Origin: Dehalococcoidia bacterium | Lineage (GTDB): Bacteria > Chloroflexota > Dehalococcoidia > SpSt-223 | Reading direction: 5' to 3' | DNA length: 64,000 bases | Assembly: GCA_046328265.1 (NCBI GenBank) | Contig: JAXLWW010000017.1 | Span: 4,777 to 68,776, forward strand | Position numbers and translations under genes: made by a program | The notes under the pieces: generated by a model | What the model was told of the DNA's origin: nothing | What the model saw: the letters and a program-made list of their open reading frames with translations, nothing else | Databases searched by the model: none | Shown here: positions 9,514-17,817 of the stretch, one piece after another | Position numbering within the stretch: the stretch's first letter is position 1 | Layout of the letters: each line of letters opens with the position of its first letter

Positions 9514-11202
9514 ATGCCGCATCAGGAACGACGCGTGCGCCTTTCACGGCGACTGCTCTTTCGTCTCGGTTGTCTCGGGCTGACAGCGTTTGCCGTCCTT
9601 GGCATCATGCTTGCCCCCAGTCCTTGGACGACCGCCACGGTCACCTCCGCCCCGTTACGGACCGTCGCCCACACCGACGTCAATCCGCTTGGAGCAACCT
9701 TCTTCCTCGAACGCGAAGTCGAACCCTGGAAACGCGAGCAAACCGTTAAGATGGCGCGCGAGGCCGGTATCAGTTGGGCCAAGGTGATGTTCCCCTGGCA
9801 GGAGATCGAGCCGCGCAAGGGGCGCTATTACGACGATCGCTACCGTAAGAGTTCCTGGGACAAGTACGACGAGATCCTCACCCTCGCCGAGAAGCATGGA
9901 CTGCGGCTGATCGCCCGCCTCGACAAGCCCCCCGAGTGGGCGCTCGCCCCGGCCGGCCAGGCCGGCGATCGCGGCACTCCGCTGCTCGCCATCGCCGACT
10001 ATGCCAACTACGTCGGCGAGGTCGCCAAACGCTACCGCGGCCGGATCCAGCATTACCAGATCTGGAATGAGCCAAATCTGGCCGCCGAATGGAGCGCCCT
10101 GCGTCCGGACCCGGTTGCCTACACCGAACTGCTCAAAGCCGCCGCTGCCGCTATCCGCGCCGCCGATCCAGACGCGATCGTGCTGGCTGCTCCATTGGCC
10201 CAGACGGTCGAACGCTCTGAGCGGGCACTGACCGAGACCGACTTCCTCGATGGGATGTACCGCGCCGGCGCAGGACCCGCCTTCGATATCCTGTTCGCCA
10301 ACGCCTACGGATTCGAGCGGCCGCCCTCCGATCCAGTCCGGCCGGACGTCCTGAACTTCCAACGCGTCACCTTGCTGCGCGACAAGATGGTCGAGCGCGG
10401 AGACGCAAACAAGCCGGTCTGGCTCAACGAGTTCGGCTGGAACGCCGCCCCGGAGAGCTTCGCCAAAGATCGCCTGTTCTGGGGCCGGGTCGCCGAGGAA
10501 AAGCAGGCTGAATACACCGTCGCGGCGATCCGTCTTGCGCGGTCCTGGGACTGGGTCGGCGTGATCAACCTGTGGTACTTCCGCCAGGTCGGCGATATCT
10601 CGCCGGCAGAACGTGCCGACTACTACTTCCGGGCGATCGATGTCGACTTCACGCCACGGCTGGTCTACCACGGGCTCAAGCAGTTTGCCGCCGGTCTTCA
10701 TAGCGCGCCTCCCGGCCTCCATCAGGAGACCAGCAGCGCGGTCGATGCGCGCGGCCAGTGGCGCCACCGCCGCGCCGCCGATGCCGATGCCGGCGGGTAC
10801 CTCGTGACGGGCCATCCCGGCGATAGCTTCAGCTTCACCTTCTATGGTGGCGACATCTCGCTGGCAGTGCGACGCAGCCCAACGGGCGGTCTGGCTCAGG
10901 TCAAGATCGACGGCGCCGACCCGCCCGGTTGGTCGTTCGAAGGTCGCCGCGCTGTGCTGGACTTCAGTGCGCCGACGCCCGAGCATGAGCTTGCGCCAAT
11001 CGCCAGCGGCCTCGGGCCGGGGTTGCACACCCTCCAGTTGACCGTCCTCGGGTCGGGCGAATCGGCTGGCGAGATCGCCATCGACGCGATTCAGGTTGGG
11101 CAGGCGCAGGTCAGCTTCTGGCCGTTCTTCGTCCAAATTGGGTTGGCTGCGCTTGGCGCGCTCGGGCTGGCGGCGTCTTTCCTGCGACGGCCTCGGCGGT
11201 GA
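9514..11202 (+). CDS. membrane-anchored glycoside hydrolase, clan GH-A (GH5/cellulase-family-like)
   Basis: N-terminal TM/signal segment (LFRLGCLGLTAFAVLGIML) and C-terminal TM helix. Catalytic-type motifs IWNEPNL (acid/base Glu) and WLNEFGW (nucleophile Glu). Start taken at the ATG at 9514. Confidence 0.75.
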   Translation: MPHQERRVRLSRRLLFRLGCLGLTAFAVLGIMLAPSPWTTATVTSAPLRTVAHTDVNPLGATFFLEREVEPWKREQTVKMAREAGISWAKVMFPWQEIEPRKGRYYDDRYRKSSWDKYDEILTLAEKHGLRLIARLDKPPEWALAPAGQAGDRGTPLLAIADYANYVGEVAKRYRGRIQHYQIWNEPNLAAEWSALRPDPVAYTELLKAAAAAIRAADPDAIVLAAPLAQTVERSERALTETDFLDGMYRAGAGPAFDILFANAYGFERPPSDPVRPDVLNFQRVTLLRDKMVERGDANKPVWLNEFGWNAAPESFAKDRLFWGRVAEEKQAEYTVAAIRLARSWDWVGVINLWYFRQVGDISPAERADYYFRAIDVDFTPRLVYHGLKQFAAGLHSAPPGLHQETSSAVDARGQWRHRRAADADAGGYLVTGHPGDSFSFTFYGGDISLAVRRSPTGGLAQVKIDGADPPGWSFEGRRAVLDFSAPTPEHELAPIASGLGPGLHTLQLTVLGSGESAGEIAIDAIQVGQAQVSFWPFFVQIGLAALGALGLAASFLRRPRR

Positions 11203-12833
11203 GAGCCGCCCGGCTTCTCCTCGAAGCCGCGGCGGTCCTCGCGGCGGTAGCGGCCTTCTTGCTGTTGGCGACCGAGCAGCTTTCGCTGCCCGGGCTGTAC
11301 TACGACGAGGCCGCCGATGCCGTCCCGGCGATGCAGATCGTGCTGGACCAGCCGATCGAACTCTCGCGCGGCGCAAACGTCGAACTGTTCGGCCGTCAAT
11401 GGCCGTTGATGGTCATGGAATACGTCGGGTCGGTTTCGACTTACGCGATCGTCCCGGCAATCCTCTGGCTGGGCGTCACCCCCGAGGCGGTTCGGGCCGC
11501 GCCGATCGCGGGCGGCGTTCTCACCCTGCTGCTCTCGTGGGGTTTTCTCCGTCAGGCGTTCGGTCCGCTGGTCGCCGTGTCGGCGGTCTGGCTGGTGGCG
11601 ATCCACCCCTCGTTCATCTTCTGGACGCGCCAGGGGATCCACGTTTCGTCGTTGATGACGGTCTGCTCGGTCGGGGCAACCTGGCTGGGCTTGGGCTGGT
11701 GGCGTGGCGGCGGCAGTTGGCGGCTGGCGCCGGCCGCCTTCTTGCTTGGCCTGGGGATCTCGATCAAGCTGCTGTTCGTCTGGTATGTCGCGGCGTTGGT
11801 CGGTACAGCGTTGCTCCTGCGGCCGCCGTTGCTCAGCCGACGGCCGCTGGTCCGCGGGTGGGACTTGCCGATGCTCGTGCTGGCCGTCCCGGCTTTTCTG
11901 GCCGGCGCAAGCCTGATCATCCTCTACAACGTTCAAACCCAGGGCACCATCGAGGTGCTCACCCAGAACGCCGTCACCACCAGCTATGGCGTCGACAACC
12001 GCGCATTCTTGCCAAATTTGATCACGCGCCTCGATGCCCTGAGCGTCTATCTCCGGAGCGAGCATTTCTGGTACTTCGGTCAGCAATTCGCCAACCGTCT
12101 CTATCCGATCTTCTTTGGCGCGTCTGTGGTAGCGATCGGGCTGGCAATGGCGCTCGACGGCCGGGCACGTCGCCAGTGGCGGCGGCCGGCCTTTCTCATC
12201 CTGATGATCGCCGGGATCATTCTCCAAAGCACGATTACGGTGTCCGGACTGGGGCCGACCCACTTCTACATCCTCTATCCGCTGCCTCAGGCGTTGATCG
12301 CGCTCGGCGCGGTTTGGCTGGCGCGCTCGTTCGACCGCTTTGGCCGCCCGGCGGCGATCGGCGCGGGCGCCCTGGTGGCGACGCTGATCGCGCTTCTGCT
12401 CTGGATGGACCTTGGTGTCGTCCGCGAGTATCACCAGGCTCTGGCACGCACCGGCGGCGTCGGCAACTACTCCGACTCGATCTACGACCTGACCGATTAT
12501 CTGGTCGAATGGAAGGGGCATTCGCCGGTCGCAATGGACTGGGGGATCAGCAAGACCGTCCAGTACCTGAGCAAGGGCGAGGTCAGCCCGCCCGAGTTGT
12601 TTGGCTACACCGGGCCGACCCCACCCCCAAACTGGGGCGACTGGCTGCTCAGCTATATCGAAGACCCCTGGACGCTGTATGTGTTCCACGATGGGAAGTT
12701 CACCGTCTTCCCGCGCTGGGATCAATTTGCCGAGACTGCCCACGACGCCGGCCGCAAAATCCGCCCGGAACTCTACATCCAGCAGCGAGACGAGCGGATC
12801 ATCTTCGTCCTGTTTACCCTACGCGAAGGGTAG
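11199..12833 (+). CDS. GT-C fold membrane glycosyltransferase, GT39/ArnT/PMT_2-like
   Basis: 544 aa with about 12 TM helices and an extracytoplasmic C-terminal domain. Overlaps the upstream GH stop by 4 nt, indicating translational coupling. Confidence 0.75.
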   Translation: MRAARLLLEAAAVLAAVAAFLLLATEQLSLPGLYYDEAADAVPAMQIVLDQPIELSRGANVELFGRQWPLMVMEYVGSVSTYAIVPAILWLGVTPEAVRAAPIAGGVLTLLLSWGFLRQAFGPLVAVSAVWLVAIHPSFIFWTRQGIHVSSLMTVCSVGATWLGLGWWRGGGSWRLAPAAFLLGLGISIKLLFVWYVAALVGTALLLRPPLLSRRPLVRGWDLPMLVLAVPAFLAGASLIILYNVQTQGTIEVLTQNAVTTSYGVDNRAFLPNLITRLDALSVYLRSEHFWYFGQQFANRLYPIFFGASVVAIGLAMALDGRARRQWRRPAFLILMIAGIILQSTITVSGLGPTHFYILYPLPQALIALGAVWLARSFDRFGRPAAIGAGALVATLIALLLWMDLGVVREYHQALARTGGVGNYSDSIYDLTDYLVEWKGHSPVAMDWGISKTVQYLSKGEVSPPELFGYTGPTPPPNWGDWLLSYIEDPWTLYVFHDGKFTVFPRWDQFAETAHDAGRKIRPELYIQQRDERIIFVLFTLREG

Positions 12834-12971
12834 GAGCCTCACTCCAGACCTCTAACCTCCACGATCCGGGGAGGTGAGCGATGGCGAGATGGCCGCTCGC
12901 AAGATGCTGTCCGTCGCCGAAGGATGAGGAGTTGGAGGGCAATTCGTCTCGGCCGGTCAGGACAGGTCGGG

Positions 12972-14630
12972 CTAGCCGAACTTCGGAAGGCCGATCTTCA
13001 TCGTTCGCTTGGTCTTGACGTACCAGTTTGGCAATGAGCGAAAGCGGTCGGACGGCTCGAATTGCAAGTGCATCGAAACCCCGTTCACTTCACGGTCGAC
13101 GACATAGGAAGAGAGCGGGTAGTAGAGCAGGACACTTGGCACTTCGTCGGCAAAGATCGCCTGAAACTCAGCGTATGCCTTGGTGCGTTCGAGCAGATCG
13201 GCGGAGGTGCGCGCTTTTTCGAGCAGATCGTCCACCTTGCGGTTGCTGTAGGAAACGAAGTTAAAGCCCCCTGGCCGGGCTTGACTGCTATGCCAATTGC
13301 TGTAGCCGTCGGGATCGCCGCCAGGGTCGAGGCCGAACAGCACCGCATCGAACTGGCGCGGCGAGAGAAAGCGCTCGATTAGCCCGCTGTAGCCGCTCGC
13401 CGACACCTCGGCGCGGATGCCGACCTGGCGAAGTTGGCGGGCGATCTCCTCGGCGGCAGCTATTCGCGCTGGATCGTCGTTGGTTAGCAGGGAAAAGCGG
13501 AAGCGTTCACCGTTCTTCTCGCGGATCCCGTCGGCGCCTGGCGCCCAGCCGGCTTCGCTCAGCAAGGTCCGGGCACGGTCGGGGTCGTGCTGGAACTTCT
13601 GGAGCGCGGTGTCTGCCGCCCAGGTGCCGGGCGGTAGCGGCGTGTCGGCGACCACTCCCATCCCGCCTGCAGCAACCTCGATCAGGCGTTGGCGGTTGAG
13701 GGCATAGGCGACCGCCTGACGAACCGGTTTGTCGCGAAAGAAGGGCGACTTGTTGTTCAAGAAGAGGATCGTAAAGCTGGCACGCGGCGCGGTGTAGGCC
13801 CGGTAGTCCTTGTTCTTGCCGATGCGCAGCAGGTCGGCATCGGTCACGCCCGCCGCGCCCTGCACCTCGCGCAACCGCAGCGCATTCAGGAGCGCCGGCC
13901 GGTTTGGGTAGAAGCGCATCCGGAGCGTCCGGAGGTACGGCTTCTGGCCGTAGTAGCCGAGGTTGGCGTCAAGCGCAATTGCCTCGTTGGTGACCTCGCG
14001 CAGCTTCCAGGGGCCGGTGCCGACCGGATTGGCGCGGAACGGATGGTCGGGCAGCGCTTCGGCGGGGATCTCGCGGAGGAGGTGAGAGGGGAGCATCCCG
14101 ACCTGGAGATTGGCGAGAAACGGAGCAAAGACGTCGCGCAGCCGAAAGCGCACGGTGAAGTCGTCCACCTGTTCGACGGTGATGTTCTTCCAGGTCTCGG
14201 CGAGGGCCGGCGCCCCCTGGAAGCGCGGGTCCTGAATCGCCTTAATCGTGAACACGACATCGCGCGCGCCAAACGGCGTGCCGTCGTGCCAGAAGGCGTC
14301 GCGCCGAAGCTGGACCACGACCGTCTTGCCATCCGGGGCGACTTCCCACTTGGCGGCAAGGTCCGGCACCGGCTCGCCGCGCTCGTTGATCTTGATCAGT
14401 CCGGTAAACAGCAGTGAGGCAAGGTCGCGATCGATGTCGTTGAAGCTGGCGAGGATCGGGTTGATGGTGAGTGGGCTACCGACGACGCCCTCGACAAAGG
14501 TTCCACCGCGCTCCGGCTCGGTCTCGGTGCTCAGAGTGACCGCCAGAGCGGCGATCGCACTCGACACGACGACGCAGCCGATCAGGGCAATCAGGATCGG
14601 CAAGCGCAAGGCGCGGAGCACCGGGTTCAT
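12972..14630 (-). CDS. ABC transporter substrate-binding protein, family 5 (peptide/nickel/oligosaccharide SBP_bac_5)
   Basis: 552 aa with signal/TM N-terminus and conserved family-5 SBP blocks. No cognate permease or ATPase genes adjacent. Confidence 0.9.
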   Translation of the reverse strand: MNPVLRALRLPILIALIGCVVVSSAIAALAVTLSTETEPERGGTFVEGVVGSPLTINPILASFNDIDRDLASLLFTGLIKINERGEPVPDLAAKWEVAPDGKTVVVQLRRDAFWHDGTPFGARDVVFTIKAIQDPRFQGAPALAETWKNITVEQVDDFTVRFRLRDVFAPFLANLQVGMLPSHLLREIPAEALPDHPFRANPVGTGPWKLREVTNEAIALDANLGYYGQKPYLRTLRMRFYPNRPALLNALRLREVQGAAGVTDADLLRIGKNKDYRAYTAPRASFTILFLNNKSPFFRDKPVRQAVAYALNRQRLIEVAAGGMGVVADTPLPPGTWAADTALQKFQHDPDRARTLLSEAGWAPGADGIREKNGERFRFSLLTNDDPARIAAAEEIARQLRQVGIRAEVSASGYSGLIERFLSPRQFDAVLFGLDPGGDPDGYSNWHSSQARPGGFNFVSYSNRKVDDLLEKARTSADLLERTKAYAEFQAIFADEVPSVLLYYPLSSYVVDREVNGVSMHLQFEPSDRFRSLPNWYVKTKRTMKIGLPKFG

Positions 14631-14696
14631 CGAAGGACGCTACAACGCCGTGCGGCAAAATTGACTGAAACGAGGCGCCGGATCATGAGCGGACCG

Positions 14697-14921
14697 CTAC
14701 AACTGAATGAACCGCACGCTCAGCATCGAAAAGAGGAGGAAGACGATTGACAGAACGATCGTCAGCTGAAAGAGCGTGCGATCGAGGCCGCGGCGCGTGC
14801 GATAGATCGACGAATCGTTGCTGAACGTGCCGGAGAACGACATGCTCTTGGACTGGAGCATGATGACGACGATCAAGGCGATCGAGGCGACGATCTGACC
14901 GGCTTGCAGGTACGGGGTCAT
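14697..14921 (-). CDS. secG: preprotein translocase subunit SecG
   Basis: 74 aa MTPYLQAGQIVASIALIVVIMLQSKSMSFSGTFSN...RGLDRTLFQLTIVLSIVFLLFSML closely parallels Bacillus-type SecG (two TM helices, LLQSxK...GLSG core). GAGGAAA precedes the ATG. Confidence 0.8.
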   Translation of the reverse strand: MTPYLQAGQIVASIALIVVIMLQSKSMSFSGTFSNDSSIYRTRRGLDRTLFQLTIVLSIVFLLFSMLSVRFIQL

Positions 14922-14993
14922 GCTTTCCTCGCAGTGGATGGCGCAGAACGCGCCCTGCGGATGATAGCATCGGCCCCTTCCTCTCGCCACCGA

Positions 14994-15395
14994 TCATCCC
15001 CGTCGCCCGAGGTAGTCCACCCGACAGGCCCAACTCGAAAAGCGCAACGTATCGGTCTGGCCAACCCGGCGGATCCCGAGCGAATAATGCTCCCAGCCAC
15101 CCCGCCCCTCGATCACAATCCGGTTGAACGGCAGCACGACGTAGCGTCCTTCCGGCCAGCGTGACGTGGGAGTGCCGACATAGACGCCGTCCGGGCGCAG
15201 AGAAAGGCGCGCCGGGTAGCTGTCGCGCTCGTTGCAGAAACTGAACAAGTCTCCCAACAGGACCCACTCGCCCTCGATCCGTTCGGCTGAGATCGTCGGA
15301 CTAGCCAGCACGACGGTCAGCGCGAGCGAGCCAAGGCAGCAGCACACACCGACGGCGAGCACGGCAGGCAAGAGTCCGACGGCGATAGAGCGCAT
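14994..15395 (-). CDS. hypothetical small secreted/lipoprotein-like protein
   Basis: 134 aa starting MRSIAVGLLPAVLAVGVCCCLGSLALTVVLA (signal-like). Placed directly downstream of the hydro-lyase gene on the same strand. Confidence 0.4.
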   Translation of the reverse strand: MRSIAVGLLPAVLAVGVCCCLGSLALTVVLASPTISAERIEGEWVLLGDLFSFCNERDSYPARLSLRPDGVYVGTPTSRWPEGRYVVLPFNRIVIEGRGGWEHYSLGIRRVGQTDTLRFSSWACRVDYLGRRG

Positions 15396-15400
15396 CGAGG

Positions 15401-16177
15401 CTAGATGGCAAGCCGCTCGGGCGGCAGGTCGACGATGAAGGTGCAGCCCGGAGCATGGCAAGCAAACCAGGCCAGGCGCGCCGCACGCAACGCTTCGAGC
15501 ACGGTGAACCCGCACGCCCAGAACAGCGGCACTCTCCCCGGCGGGATCGCCAGAGGATAGCCAAAGCCCGGCAGTTCCCCGTCCACGCCGATTGCAGCCG
15601 GATCGCCAATGGCAATCGGCGCGCCGTGCCCGGCGGGATAGCACGCCGTCACCCGGACGATCTTCGCGACCTCCTCCGGCAGGGCGAACTTGACGGTGAC
15701 ATACTGCGGCCCGCGGAGTGAGCCGGCTGGACGGCTCGGGAGCGTGGTTCGGTAGATCGCCGGCCGGGGATTGTCGACCGTGTCGGCGGGGATGCCGGCG
15801 TCCTTGAGCGGCCCGGCGAGGATGTGGGAGGTTCCGAGCAGCACGGTCACCAGGTCGTGGCGCCAGAACCGCCGCAGGTCGGCAGTCTCCCCCGCCGCCT
15901 CGCCGCCTTCCCAGATCTGCCAGCGAACCACGTCGGTGCGGATGTCGCCGCCCGGGGCGAGGTCGCTCTCCCACTCGCCTGGTCCGAGGATCTCAACCAC
16001 CGGCCCGGCCTGCGGGTTGCGAACACAAAACCGGAGCAGCGCGAGGGCGTCGTCGGCGGGTAACGTCACCGGGGCGAGGTGGACGTAGTGTTGAGCGAGG
16101 GTTTCGGTGAGACCGGTCCAGCGGCCGGCGCGGATCAGAGCGCGGGCCGCGGCGGCGGTTGTCGCGACTGGGTCCAC
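15401..16177 (-). CDS. putative hydro-lyase / D-glutamate cyclase-like protein (DUF1445 family)
   Basis: 258 aa with family-typical blocks (RWTGLT, PVVEILGPGE, DIRTDVVRW, HGAPIAIGDPAAIGV, VPLFWACGFTV). Confidence 0.7.
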   Translation of the reverse strand: MDPVATTAAAARALIRAGRWTGLTETLAQHYVHLAPVTLPADDALALLRFCVRNPQAGPVVEILGPGEWESDLAPGGDIRTDVVRWQIWEGGEAAGETADLRRFWRHDLVTVLLGTSHILAGPLKDAGIPADTVDNPRPAIYRTTLPSRPAGSLRGPQYVTVKFALPEEVAKIVRVTACYPAGHGAPIAIGDPAAIGVDGELPGFGYPLAIPPGRVPLFWACGFTVLEALRAARLAWFACHAPGCTFIVDLPPERLAI

Positions 16178-16180
16178 CGG

Positions 16181-17176
16181 CTAGGCCGCGCCCTGACCGC
16201 GTTCGCGCAATTGAGCGGCGCGTTGCTCCAACGCGCCCAATAGTCCGCGCACCCGCTCGACCGTTTCGTCGAGCGCCTTGGGGCTGCGCCGGATCGACCG
16301 GTCGAGCATCCCCTGGTGCACCGAATAGAGCAGCCGCTCGATCTCGTCGTCGAACGTGCCGAGCCCGCGGATGAAGCGCGGCCGCGCCTGGCCCGGTGTC
16401 TCGGCCGTGGTGTTGATCGCCGCCGGCTCGGATCCTCCGGACTCTTCGGCCTCCTGCGCCTCCTCGGCGGCGAGGACCTCTTCTTCGGTCAACGGCAGCG
16501 GCTGTGTCCGCCCGGCCAGCGAGATCGCTTCGAGAGCACTTAGAGATCGGCGGCGCGCCATCTGCTCGGCAGCATCGCGGATCGCTGCCGCCGAGAGGTC
16601 GTACTGGATCGCCAGCTTTGCCAACTCGACCTGACGCTGAGGCTGGTGGAGCAACCGGAAATGCTGGGCCTGACTGACCGACAACTCCTCGTCCTGGATG
16701 AGGTCGCGCACTTCGGCGGGCAATTCGCGAAGCTGGAGGTAGCGCTGAACCGACCGCGCCGACAGGCCAACCAGCCGGCCAACTCGCTCGTCAAGCTCGC
16801 CGTCGGTCAATTTGGGATCACGATGGACCAGCCGCCGACGAATCATCGCCAGGCCTTCGGCCTGCTCCAGGTCGCCAAGCTGGCGGCGTTGCATATTCTC
16901 GACAAGCTGGTGAATGACGTAATCATCCTCGGCGCGGTCCTCGAGGATGATGCACGGCACTTCCTTCAGGCCGGCCAGGATTGCGGCGGCGCGGCGGCGA
17001 TTGCCATAGACCAGCCGGTAGGTGTCGTCTACCTTGCGGACGCCAAGCGGCTCGAGCACCCCGAACTCGCGGATCGTCGCGGCGAGGCCGCGGAGGTCTC
17101 CGTCCTGACGCCGGACGTTGGCGTCTGGGATCAAGAGGTTCGGGTCGAGGTAGACGATCTCCCGTGCCGCGCTCAT
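16181..17176 (-). CDS. ParB/Spo0J-family protein (ParB N-terminal nuclease-like domain plus HTH), orphan (no adjacent ParA)
   Basis: ParB box motifs (PNLLIPDANVRR, GVLEPLGVRK, YRLVYGNRRRAAAILAGL), HTH (SARSVQRYLQL), acidic linker and C-terminal dimerisation-like region. Confidence 0.85.
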   Translation of the reverse strand: MSAAREIVYLDPNLLIPDANVRRQDGDLRGLAATIREFGVLEPLGVRKVDDTYRLVYGNRRRAAAILAGLKEVPCIILEDRAEDDYVIHQLVENMQRRQLGDLEQAEGLAMIRRRLVHRDPKLTDGELDERVGRLVGLSARSVQRYLQLRELPAEVRDLIQDEELSVSQAQHFRLLHQPQRQVELAKLAIQYDLSAAAIRDAAEQMARRRSLSALEAISLAGRTQPLPLTEEEVLAAEEAQEAEESGGSEPAAINTTAETPGQARPRFIRGLGTFDDEIERLLYSVHQGMLDRSIRRSPKALDETVERVRGLLGALEQRAAQLRERGQGAA

Positions 17177-17257
17177 TGCACTGCTCCTCGCTCAGTCTGC
17201 TTGGTTGCAGAGCATACCACATCTAGTGGCGATTTGTCACCGCCAATCAAGATACGG

Positions 17258-17638
17258 TCAGGGGCCAGCGAAGAACGCGTCCCACCAACGCTGGGGATTG
17301 GTGCGCGAGTCCTGTGGCGGCGGGGCGGCGGCCGGCGAGGGCGAGGCAGCGTCCGGTTTGACGACCACCACGATTGGGATCTCGGTCGGCTTGAAGAACC
17401 CGAGTTCCTCACGCGCCACTTTTTCGATGAACTGGTCTGAGGCAAGATAGTCGCGCTGGCGCACGAGGTCGTTGTGTCGGACTTGGAGTTGATCGATCTC
17501 GACGCGCAATCGCTCGGCCCGGCCGCGCAGTTCGTGGATTTCCATTGCCTTGCGCGCCGCGCCGTAGCCGAAATAGACAACGAGCGGTAGGACCAGGATC
17601 AGCACGAGTTGGGTGGCGGTCAGCGGGATTGCTCGCAT
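17258..17638 (-). CDS. septum formation initiator family protein (FtsB/DivIC)
   Basis: N-terminal TM helix followed by coiled-coil (ELRGRAERLRVEIDQLQVRHNDL) and conserved ARE-ELGF block. Pro-rich tail. Confidence 0.7.
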   Translation of the reverse strand: MRAIPLTATQLVLILVLPLVVYFGYGAARKAMEIHELRGRAERLRVEIDQLQVRHNDLVRQRDYLASDQFIEKVAREELGFFKPTEIPIVVVVKPDAASPSPAAAPPPQDSRTNPQRWWDAFFAGP

Positions 17639-17817
17639 GGACGCATTCTATGCCTGCCTGGCTGGTGAAAGTAGCAGTTAGCCTGGCTGTCAGTGGCGAC
17701 CAAACTGGATGAAATTCGCCAAGACGGCCTAGTAACTCCTTGCCAGCCCAAAGGGGGGGCTTCTACAACTGCAAGCCTGGGTCACTGGCCCGGCAACTAA
17801 CTGGCTGGAGTGCGCGC

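Noticed and set aside
12834-12971. Possible hairpin CCTCC-ACGATCCGG-GGAGG between the convergent GT-C and SBP genes
   Set aside because: A short (5-6 bp) stem with no U-tract. It is plausible as a terminator but too weak to report as a feature.
14683-15267. 194-aa ORF spanning secG and the small secreted protein gene in another frame
   Set aside because: It overlaps two better-supported genes (secG with RBS, the lipoprotein-like ORF) and its translation is Arg/Pro-rich without features.
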